Shown: positions 1 through 9,085, numbered from the stretch's first letter. The stretch: DNA of 16,134 nt from Octopus sinensis (GCF_006345805.1 NW_021825254.1:1-16134), one strand, 5' to 3'. The notes: generated by a model not told the origin, from the sequence alone. A program made the numbers and translations.

Positions 1-13
1 ACGACGAACGACT

Positions 14-99
14 GATGATGATTAATGATAATGATGAGGATGATGATGATGAAGATGACGATGATGATGATAATAATGAGGATGATGACGACGACGATA

Positions 100-133
<34 letters not shown>

Positions 134-173
134 CGATGAGGAGGATGACGATGAGGATGATGATGGTGATAAA

Positions 174-207
<34 letters not shown>

Positions 208-270
208 TTGATGATGTGGATGGCGATGATGATGAGAAGGACAATGTTGTTGGTGATGATGATCACGTTG
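14..270. repeat. Imperfect (GAT)n microsatellite
   Basis: Long run of GAT/GAC/GAG triplets; source of the spurious poly-Asp and poly-Met ORFs. Confidence 0.95.
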
Positions 271-324
271 GTGATGTGAAAGAATTTGTAAAGATCATAC
301 ACCGCCCGTTTTATTTTGTTTTAG

Positions 325-416
325 GAATTTCGGTGTGTGCCATCCTTTAAGAGCAATCAGCATCTCTAAGACATATTGGAAACAATCAGAATTTTTTCAT
401 GGCTCTCTAGTTGAAG
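325..416 (+). other. Candidate 92-nt exon (phase 2/1) with a class-A GPCR ICL2-like peptide; may be a pseudo-exon
   Basis: Acceptor ttttattttgttttAG (323-324) and donor AAG|GTAATC (417). Only one frame is open: (x)NFGVCHPLRAISISKTYWKQSEFFHGSLVE, resembling R-Y-x-A-V-C-H-P-L-R-A. The downstream residues are not TM4-like in this frame. Confidence 0.3.
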
Positions 417-668
417 GTAATCAGCATCAATCACGGTCATCGTCGCCATCTTGAACGTTGCCACTGTCGTCCTCATTTTCATCATCATCATCATCATCGT
501 CGTCGTAGTCGTCATCGTTCTTACTGCAGCTGAGAAGACGAGAGCCTTGTTGAAGGATACAATGCAACACCGCATCCAGGATTCGTTCCCACATCGTTAT
601 GATCATCAGCTCAAATGTCTAACCACTAGTTCAATTACCTTCACGATATTAGTAGCTGTGGGCTTGTA

Positions 669-1186
669 ATGGTGATGGTGGTGGAGATATTAGTGATGAT
701 GCAGTAGGTGGTGGTCATTGTGGCGGTGGAGATTGTGGTGGTGGTGATTGTGGTTGTAGTAGAAGTGGTGGTGGAGGTGGTCCGATCGCAATTGGCGTTG
801 GGAGCGGGGTGGTTTTGGCGGTGGTGGTGGTGGTGGTGGTGGTGGTTGTGGTAGTTGTATTGGTTGTGGTCGTTGCTATGCTGGTTGCAGTGGTGGTGAT
901 GGAGGTAGTGTCGCCGATGTGATATATTGTTTTACCGGTGGTTGTGTTTAGTGGTGTCGATGATGGCGGCGGTCATGGCAGTGGTTCTGGCGGTGGTAGT
1001 AGTAGTGGTGGTGGCGTTGGTAATTATGGTGGTTGTTGTTGTTGCTATGCTGGTTGTAGTTGTGATGCTGGTTTGATGATGGATGTTGCCATTTTATTCG
1101 TTGTTGTTGTTGTTGTTATTGTTGCGGTAGTGGCGATGGTGGCGGTGGTTGTAGTGGTGGCGGTGATGGCCGTAGTGACAGTGGTA
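669..1186. repeat. GGT/GTT-rich low-complexity triplet tract
   Basis: Degenerate (GGT)n/(GTT)n/(GTA)n triplets. Confidence 0.9.
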
Positions 1187-1439
1187 TAAAACCAGAAACA
1201 ATAGCTTCACTTCTGTGATTTCAATAACCTTCTGGAAGATTCTGGAAGAATTTCATTGCTGAGTATTTTTGGACAATTTCGCATTAAGACGGTCAATTTT
1301 GCAATCTTCGGCTCTGCATTGGCATTTGACCAAAATCTGGCATATTGTGGATCGGCACTAGCGGGCGACTGGCGGCTAATTGGTGGTGGCCCTTACTTGG
1401 GGAAACATTGGCAGATATCACAGTTCAAATTTAAAGGGT

Positions 1440-2240
1440 GATGGGGTAGCAGTTAGAGTTAGTAGTGGCGTTGTTTGTGATTCTCTATGGTGTTGGTGGT
1501 GGTAGTGGTGGTGGTGGTGGGGTGGTGGTGGTCATCGTCGTAGTGGAGTCGGTGGAGGCGATGGAGGCGGCAGCGTCGAGGGGGCGGTGCTGTTTTATGG
1601 TGGTGGTGGTGGTGGATGTAACAGTTGTGGCAGGGGGTTGTAGCGGTGGTGATGGTGGTACTGATGGTGACGATGGTGGGCTGGCGATATTTGTGGTGGT
1701 GGTAGTGGACATCATCACAGTGGAGGCAGTGGCAGCGGTGGAGGCGATGGCAGCGGTGATGATGGTGTTAGTGATGGTGTCGATAGTCCGCTGGCGATGC
1801 TTGTGGTGGTGGTGGTGGTGGTCATCATCATAGCGGATGTGACGAAGGCGGTGGGGGCGACGGAGGCGGCAGTGTCGAGGGGACGGTGTTGTTGATGGTG
1901 CTGCTGTTGTTGATGGTGGTGGTGACATGGGGTGGTGGAGTTTTAGCGGTGGTGATGGTGGTAGTGATGGTAACGATGGTGGAGTGGCGATGTTTGTGGT
2001 GGTAGTGGTGGTGGTGACAGTGGAGGCGACGGGGTTGTAGAGGTGGTGATGTTGGTTGTGATGGTGATGATAGTGGGGGTGGTGACGTTTGTGGTGGTGG
2101 TGTTGGTGGTGGTGGTGGTGGTGGTGGTGGTTGATAGTTCTAATTTAGAAGGTATTGGCGCTGCCTCTGGTTTTGGAGTGGTGGATATACTGAAGTTGAT
2201 TGTTGTAGTTTACAGTAGAAGTTGCAGTTTAGGGTAGTGG
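1440..2240. repeat. GGT-rich composite minisatellite with an internal ~300-bp degenerate duplication
   Basis: ~1550-1730 recurs at ~1850-2030 (GGAGGCGGCAGYGTCGAGGGG...TAGCGGTGGTGATGGTGGTASTGATGGTRACGATGGTGG). The motif TGGCGATRYTTGTGGTGG recurs near 1682, 1792 and 1985. Confidence 0.85.
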
Positions 2241-2266
2241 GTATACCTTTGGTGGTAATGGTAACC

Positions 2267-2344
2267 GTAGTAGCAGTAGTAGTTGTAGTAGTAGTAGTTG
2301 TAGTAGTAGTAGTAGTAGTAATTGTAGTAGTAGTAGTAGTAGTA

Positions 2345-2379
<35 letters not shown>
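2267..2379. repeat. (TAG)n microsatellite
   Basis: Near-perfect GTA/TAG run. Confidence 0.95.
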
Positions 2380-2444
2380 ATTGAAGCAGCAGCTGTAGTG
2401 TTTATGGTGATCGTATATGCATGCTTGAGTTTATAATACTGGGC

Positions 2445-2850
2445 TGTTGGTGGTAGGTGGTGGCGGTGGTGGTGGCGGTGATGGTGGTGGCGGTGGTGGT
2501 CATGGTGCTGATAGTTTTGTTGGCGGTGGTGGTGGCGGTGATGGTGGTGGCGGTGGTGGTCATGGTGCTGATAGTTTTGTTGTCGTTGGTGGTGGCAGTG
2601 GTGATACTGGGTAGCGAGTTGGGTGTAGGTGAGGGTTTTGATGATGGTGGTGTTGGTCGTGTTGCTGTTGTTGTTCTTGGTGGTGGTGGTGGTGGTGGTG
2701 GTGGTGGTGATGGTGGTGATGGTGGTGGTGGTCTAGTGGTACTGGGATGGTATAGCTTGCTGTTGCTGTTGGTGTTGGTAGTATTGTTGTTGTTGGTTTT
2801 GGTTTTGGTGTTCGTGGCAGCGATGTTGGTGGTGGCGTGGTATTTGTAGT
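2445..2850. repeat. GGT-rich tract containing an exact 60-bp tandem duplication (2461-2520 = 2521-2580)
   Basis: Two identical 60-mers TGGCGGTGGT...ATAGTTTTGT, then a degenerate partial third copy. Confidence 0.92.
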
Positions 2851-2907
2851 GATGTGGTCTATTTGTTTGTGAGCTATTTCACAGTTGAATAGTTCGGTGT
2901 CATTAAA

Positions 2908-2917
2908 AATAATAGTG

Positions 2918-2959
<42 letters not shown>

Positions 2960-2983
2960 TAATAATATAATAATAATAATAAT
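2908..2983. repeat. (AAT)n microsatellite
   Basis: AAT run. Confidence 0.95.
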
Positions 2984-3063
2984 GCTTGTAAACAAAAAAA
3001 AATATGTATCAAAATATATTAAAATAGAGGGAAACAACACCGTTATTTGACGTGAGTTAATGC

Positions 3064-3143
3064 ATATATATATATACTTACATAGACGCACATATATTAT
3101 TATATGTATGTATATATATATATAATATATATATGTATAATAC

Positions 3144-3186
<43 letters not shown>

Positions 3187-3243
3187 TGCACAGAGACACA
3201 TGCATATTCGTAAAACATTCAGTGAAATGGATGTGTTGTATGT

Positions 3244-3330
<87 letters not shown>

Positions 3331-3345
3331 ATATATATATATATA
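3064..3345. repeat. (AT)n/(AC)n compound microsatellite
   Basis: Dinucleotide runs. Confidence 0.95.
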
Positions 3346-3441
3346 GGCATTATTAATTGCAGAATGAGATTGAAACAGTAATCGCTCGCTCGACAATGTA
3401 AGTATAGAAGCCATCTAGACACCATTTCAGTGCCCTTGAAG

Positions 3442-3574
3442 TATTTGCAAAGGGAGGCCATCCCTTCCTCGTAAGCCTGAGTGATACGCTCGGACTAGTT
3501 TCGGGATTTTTGTCCCTTGTCAACGGGCGGTAACCACCAGGTCGAGATGAAAGGGAAGGGCCACCTTGCAAATA
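3442..3574. mobile_element. MITE-like imperfect inverted repeat with TA at both ends
   Basis: Left arm TATTTGCAAAGGGAGGCCATCCCTTCC versus reverse complement of right arm TATTTGCAAGGTGGCCCTTCCCTTTC; weaker pairing extends to ~50 nt. Confidence 0.5.
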
Positions 3575-4331
3575 TATAAGAGTTTTTCTAGTACGTATGC
3601 CACTGATTTCGAAAAACTGACAGTTCTCATCGATACTTCAACATTCTTTACTCATAGTTACTATAGAAACAGGTCCACAGCGAAGTGTTGTCTTGTCCGC
3701 CAAACATTATATAAACACTTGTAAACTCTTAATTCATCCGTGTTTTAGGCGGGTTAATGGCTGTAGAATAACGTTTCTTTAAGTGTATTCACGGACTGTT
3801 AAATGTCTGCCGAGAATTCAGTTTAGTAACAAGGAACGTTAACACTGAGATATAAACAGTCATAGTGAAAATCTGGAAATACCTTGCTCGGTGTAAGTTG
3901 TACAATTGCGCAATACTTTCGTCTACTGGTGGACCAGACATCAATGAATTCGTTGATAAACTATCATAAAATACCAAAATACCAGTTATACCAAAATAAA
4001 TTAACAATAATAATAATTAAATAAAACAGCATGGTTTTCGACGGTGCATTGCGCTTTAAGTTGGTATTTTATTCAGTGAGCCTGCCTTCCTAGACTAATC
4101 AAAGGACAAAATCTCTCCAGGATATTTCATTTTTAACCTGGTGTCAATGACTAAACAACCTTCCTATCTCTAATTATTTTACCCAGTTTACTAGATGTGT
4201 TTTTCGTTGCATCTACACTAGAGTGGTTGTGAAGTCTGCGATAAGATTAAAGGTTGCTCTCAATTCTACGCTATCTCCGCTCGTTCGTTAAACACTCAAA
4301 ACACTTTATACAGTATGCAGAATAGTCCCGT

Positions 4332-4570
4332 TTTATCCGGGTGTACTATTTACATTTATTGTGATTGTACTGGATGTGTACAAACGATGGATGATTTTCC
4401 TATTTTATCGTGGTATATTAGGTGCATTTATTGTAGTACACCGGTTGAATTTCATTGAAGTGAATTGCATGCATTTTAATGTATTGCACTATTTGCATTT
4501 CATAGGGGTGCACCGGGTACATTTTATCCAATTGTACTGGATCCCTTTTATTGTGGCACTCGGGTTAACG
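4332..4570. repeat. Degenerate 24-bp minisatellite (consensus ~TTTATTGTAGTGCACCGGGTGCAT)
   Basis: Six gap-free units start at 4427, 4451, 4475, 4499, 4523 and 4547; more decayed units start at 4332, 4356 and 4404. Confidence 0.8.
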
Positions 4571-5209
4571 GAAAACAATTAATTTCCAATAAAATGATAA
4601 CGAAATATCCTAACGTGTAACATAAGGAAAGATCAGAGAATCTAGTGAGACTGAGTGCCTGGGATGCTAATCTTACTCGGAATGGCAACGGGAGTTTATA
4701 ACATTAGGACTTTAGACTACCATTCTTTCATTCATAAGTCTTATGTCCAACACTAAAAGTATCAGTAGATGTATATGTGGTAACACAGAATGTCTTGTCT
4801 GTAGAAATGACATGTGTAACTGTAAATAAAGATCTCACCATTTCCATGAGAAATAGCAGCCGTGCAGCATCACTATATCCATCTTTTATTGTTTTAGACT
4901 TGGCCGTCCTTATATTATGTTTTGGCTTTTGCTGGGGTGGGGACAAGACGTTTGATTATATTATTCTTGTGTATTTATGTATCCATTCAGGTGTGTGAGG
5001 GTGATGAAGAAGAAATATAGCACTAAAAAAGAAAAAAAAAAGGAAAATGGTATATGTTCAAGATTATAATTATTAGTTTGACATTTAGAGAGATAGAAGA
5101 AGAATTAATTGTTTCGCACATTTTTCACTATTTCTGAAAGAAAAGAGGAGTTAAAACAGAGAAAGTGGATGAGAGAAAACAGAGGAAGTGGACAAGGAAA
5201 AACTAAAAA

Positions 5210-5361
5210 TATAATTAAATAATCTTTTCTACACTAGGCACAAGGCCCAGAATTTTTGAGGATGGGGCCAGTCGATTAGATCGACTCCAGTGCGCAACTG
5301 GTACTTAATTTATCGACGATGAAAGGATCAAAGGAAAAGTCGACCTCGTCAGAATTTGAAC
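5210..5361 (-). mobile_element. 5'-truncated tRNA-derived SINE (family B) with 8-bp TSD ACTAAAAA
   Basis: Minus strand reads GTTCAAATTC (B box) then GAGGTCGACTTTTCCTTTGATCCTTTC...GTCGATAAATTAAGTACCAG...GGCCTTGTGCCTAG and an ATT-like tail. ACTAAAAA lies at 5202-5209 and 5362-5369. Homologous to 6872-7000. Confidence 0.8.
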
Positions 5362-6195
5362 ACTAAAAAAAGAAACAGCATGGAAGGATAAAAAAATGTA
5401 CGGTCAGTTTGCAAGAGATGCGAACACCAAAACATATACAGAAGACCCGTGGTTATGAATGAAGAGTGACCTGAAGATAGAAACAGAAGCATTCATATGC
5501 ACAGCACAAGAACAAGCGTTAAGGACTAACTATGTGAAGTGCAGAATTGACAACTCTACCGACAGCGATAAATGCAGAATGTGTGGCGAGAGGGGTGAAA
5601 TGGTATAGTACATCGTTTGCGAATACCCGAAATTGGCACAACACGAATACAAAAGACGCCATGAGAATGTGGCAAGAACGATCCGTTGGGGGTTCTGTGG
5701 AAATTACGGCCTACGAAGAGTAAAGACGTGGTATAAGCAAACCTCAGAAAGAGTCACCGATAATAAATCATATGAGATACAAATGGTCAGATATCAGAAA
5801 CCGGACGATTGTTGTGGTGAATAAAAAGGAAAATATATGATAATCGACATACTATGCTCCGGTGGCAACAAAATCAATGAGAAAGAAGAAAAACTAAACA
5901 GCTATGACAATTTGAAGTGGGTTATACGAAGGTTGTGGTCAATGAAGAGAGTAAACGTGACACCGATAGTAATTGGCGAGTTTGGATGTATCAGCCTCTC
6001 TGCTACCAATATGGCTAAAAAAGATTGGTCCAAGTGTGGAGGTAGAACACTTACAAAAATCAGCATTACTTGGAACTGCAAGAATTTTTCGCAGGATCCT
6101 TGAAGCATGACCAGAAAACAAGGGTCAACTTAGTCTGCTCCCTGTGGACAGCTGACACTTTCCGTCGTAGCAAGCATAATAACAATAATAATAAT
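5362..6195 (+). mobile_element. Decayed R4/Dong-like non-LTR retrotransposon 3' end (zinc knuckle + RLE endonuclease), copy 1
   Basis: Translation from 5381: WKDKKMYGQF...WL*MKSDLKIETEAFICTAQEQALRTN...KCRMCGERGEMV*YIVCEYPKLAQHEYKRRHENVAR...WY...KPD/IVVVNK...IIDI...KEEKLNSYDNLKWVIRRLW...PIVIGEFG.../LQKSALLGTARIFRRILEA* (stop 6108-6110). A short 3' UTR is followed by (TAA)n from 6177. Contains stops and frameshifts. Confidence 0.9.
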
Positions 6196-6201
6196 GATGA
6201 A

Positions 6202-6239
<38 letters not shown>

Positions 6240-6240
6240 C

Positions 6241-6277
<37 letters not shown>
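6177..6277. repeat. (AAT)n-(GAT)n-(AAT)n compound microsatellite
   Basis: Direct reading; begins as the tail of the R4/Dong-like element. Confidence 0.95.
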
Positions 6278-6278
<1 letters not shown>

Positions 6279-6352
6279 TTTCATTTATTTGCCACACGGA
6301 CGAAAGATGAGTGGGACAATACAGAGACAAACACAAAGTGTGGAGGGTTTAC
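6278..6352 (-). mobile_element. Probable LINE (CR1-like) 3' UTR stub
   Basis: Minus strand: CCCTCCACACTTTGTGTTTGTCTCTGTATTGTCCC...GGCAAATAAATGAAATC then (ATT)n. Same layout as the CR1 3' UTR at 14627-14715. Confidence 0.4.
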
Positions 6353-6394
6353 ATATAATAATGAAATGATTTTAAAAAAAGGTATAAAAAAAAA

Positions 6395-6558
6395 GGCGCA
6401 GGAGTGGCTGTGTGGTAAGTAGCTTGTATACCAACCACATGGTTCCAGGTTCAGTTCCCACTGCGTGGCACCTTGGGCAAGTGTCTTCTACTATAGCCTC
6501 GGGCCGACCAAAGCCTTGTGAGTGGATTTGGTAGACGGAAACTGAAAGAAGCCCGTCG

Positions 6559-6589
<31 letters not shown>

Positions 6590-6821
6590 GCGTATGTTTG
6601 TGTGTCTGTGTTTGTCCCCCTAGCATTGCTTGACAACCGATGCTGGTGTGTTTACGTCCCCGTTACTTAGCGGTTCAGCAAAAGAGACCGATAGAATAAG
6701 TACTGGGCTTACAAAAGAATAAGTCCCGGGTTCGAGTTGCTCGATTAAAAGGCGGTGCTCCAGCATGGCCGCATTCAAATGACTGAAACAAGTAAAAGAG
6801 TAAAAGAGAGAGTAAAGAGTA
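6395..6821 (+). mobile_element. Apparently full-length tRNA-derived SINE (family A), copy 1
   Basis: A box TGGCTGTGTGG (6405-6415), B-box-like GGTTCAGTTCC (6448-6458), core CCTTGGGCAAGTGTCTT, internal (TA)n(TG)n, and (AGTAAAAG)n-type tail. Above 90% identical by eye to the inverted copy at 13515-13972 outside the microsatellite. Confidence 0.92.
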
Positions 6822-6871
6822 TACTCAATATGCTCTTCAAAAGGGGGGACATATTGCATAGAATACAACCT

Positions 6872-7000
6872 ACCTACTGAAAGCACAAAGCATGAAACTT
6901 GGGGGGAGGGGCTAAGTTGAATACATCGACCCCAGTGTTTCACTGGTACTTAATCTATGAACCCCGAAAGGATGAAAAGCAAAGTCGACTTCGGCGAAAT
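6872..7000 (-). mobile_element. Truncated SINE (family B), copy 2
   Basis: Aligns with 5223-5361 (ATCGACCCCAGTG...CTGGTACTTAAT...GAAAGGATGAAA..CAAAGTCGAC). It is cut off at the B box by the AAT run. Confidence 0.75.
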
Positions 7001-7033
7001 AATAATCATAATAATAATAATAATAGTAATAAT

Positions 7034-7595
7034 CTGATGCAGTACCAGGCAGTGGCTCTCATGGCTTCTGATCTTAACTGATTGGAAGTGTTATCATGTA
7101 CATTGTTTGGTCTTGGTATAAAAGATGGGCTACAGCAAATATTCTGCTCAATACCACAGATTTGCTTGTCAGTTGTTTGACCTTAACCAGTTGAGCATGT
7201 CCCTTAGTGGCTGACGATATGTGCATCTCTGATCACGAGCAGAAATAGTGGGGGAGCATCATAGCCATGTGTTGAGAGGGATTCTTTGAGGTTTGAATAA
7301 TTCACCTCTGGAAACATGGGTGGTTCTTTCAACATCCTTAAACAACCCTTATTCAGGGACCTTTTGAGCGGGATGGGCTACTCAACCTGAAGAAAATTCT
7401 AACTGGGCCCCACCTGCAAGGTCATGTGCTGTTTATCTTGATATGGGATCACCATGTCGCGCACATATGGTTGTGATGCATGTGCCTGGTGTACCTTTAT
7501 CAGACGGGTAGTCATGATGGGTATATTGGGCTTCGTATATTTTACCCCAGTGTCACGTTGATGGCATGCACTGCTCTCTCTCTCTCCTCACTCTC
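7034..7595. mobile_element. ~560-bp non-coding interspersed element flanked by (AAT)n on both sides
   Basis: High-complexity block with sharp edges and no internal ORF of 60 aa or more. AAT repeats lie at 6998-7033 and 7596-7800; it ends (CT)n-CA|TAATAA. It resembles an abundant octopus repeat from memory (unverified). Confidence 0.6.
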
Positions 7596-7612
7596 ATAAT
7601 AATAATAATAAT

Positions 7613-7645
<33 letters not shown>

Positions 7646-7740
7646 ACTAATAATAATAATATAATAATAATAATAATAATGATATAATATGATGAATGAA
7701 TAATAATAATATAATAATATAAATAATAATAATAATAATA

Positions 7741-7775
<35 letters not shown>

Positions 7776-7800
7776 TATAATATTATAATAATAGTAATAA
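7596..7800. repeat. Long imperfect (AAT)n microsatellite
   Basis: AAT run of ~200 bp. Confidence 0.95.
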
Positions 7801-8069
7801 GAGGAATATGCGACAAAGCTATGTAGATATACCTATTTACTTCTTAAGTCCACTGATTCAGAAATATAAGTATGTCTATATATTCTCATTTACCTTTATT
7901 TTTTCGCCGATGCCTGCTTGTCAAGCTGCCAACAAACCTGTATGTCGGTTTTTATACCCTCTCTCTAACAGCCATTTTCCCTCTGTCTCATTATTTTTCT
8001 CTATAACTTCTTGCCAGCGTATATGTTATGTCTATCGTTATCATTCATGTCCATTTGCCTGTTTCATGA

Positions 8070-8305
8070 TGTATATACACACAATATATATATATATATA
8101 TACATATATATATACATATTTATATATATATATATATATTATATATATATATATATATATAATATTATACATATATATACACAAACACATATACAGCCTA
8201 GGTAAAGAGTCTGATATAAAAAGAACGATAATAATGATATACGTACATATGTATGTACCTCTCTCTCTCTCTCTGCCTCTTTCTTTACATATATCTGTAT
8301 ATATG

Positions 8306-8362
<57 letters not shown>

Positions 8363-8691
8363 GTGTTATATATATTTATATATATACATACTCAAATACA
8401 TACATATATACGTATGAGCTGAAACTAGAGAAAAGTATATATATACACACCCACGCACACATACACATATTTATCTATCGTTCTCTTTACATCAAGCTTT
8501 TTCCCAGGCAGTATGTATTTTGTGTTCTTCTAAGCCAAATGAGTTATTCGCACGACACACTACATAATTCGGTATTCTGATGGGGCAGGAGACATTTTGT
8601 ATCCTAGCTCTATATTTCTGTGCATTAAGACTTCTACACAAACATATATGTTCGTTTGCCGTTGTATCTGTATTTTTCCGAATGTATTTAC

Positions 8692-8737
<46 letters not shown>

Positions 8738-9039
8738 CTGTCTCTGTGTGTGAGTTACTGGGTATATCATATTAAACACATTTGTGTCTCTGCAGCTATC
8801 GTTCGTATGTATAAAATATATGCATGCTATAGCTATACTTCTATGCACACAGTGCATGCTTATGTTTATGTATGTGGAGTAATGTAAAACAAAATAACAT
8901 ACGTATAATCGCATACGTAGCATGCTTGATAGATTTTATTATATAAATATTATATACACGCGGATATATATATACATCATGTTGTATATAATTTCATATA
9001 TGTATTTCATTGTATATTTGCATATGCACATAATATGTA

Positions 9040-9085
<46 letters not shown>

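Noticed and set aside
15-350. Asp-rich 111-aa ORF (aspein-like biomineral protein?)
   Set aside because: It is a (GAT)n microsatellite open in several frames, with no signal peptide or gene context.
938-3012. Gly/Val-rich and Pro/Thr/His-rich ORFs (mucin- or extensin-like)
   Set aside because: Products of GGT/ACC triplet tracts; the frame switches freely and there is no splice or domain evidence.
3363-3397. 35-nt micro-exon (tgcAG...GTAAGT)
   Set aside because: No polypyrimidine tract and no recognisable peptide.
4332-4570. CRISPR-like array
   Set aside because: Units are contiguous with no unique spacers, and the context is eukaryotic.
4777-4998. 73-aa ORF with a hydrophobic, GPI-signal-like segment
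   Set aside because: GTG start, no recognisable homology, and the hydrophobicity is explained by T-rich DNA.
6395-6475. tRNA gene
   Set aside because: The A/B boxes belong to a SINE head followed by SINE body; there is no convincing cloverleaf or T-run terminator.
7205-7270. Hammerhead ribozyme (CTGACGA...GAAA...TC)
   Set aside because: The core words are present, but stems II and III do not base-pair in the required register.
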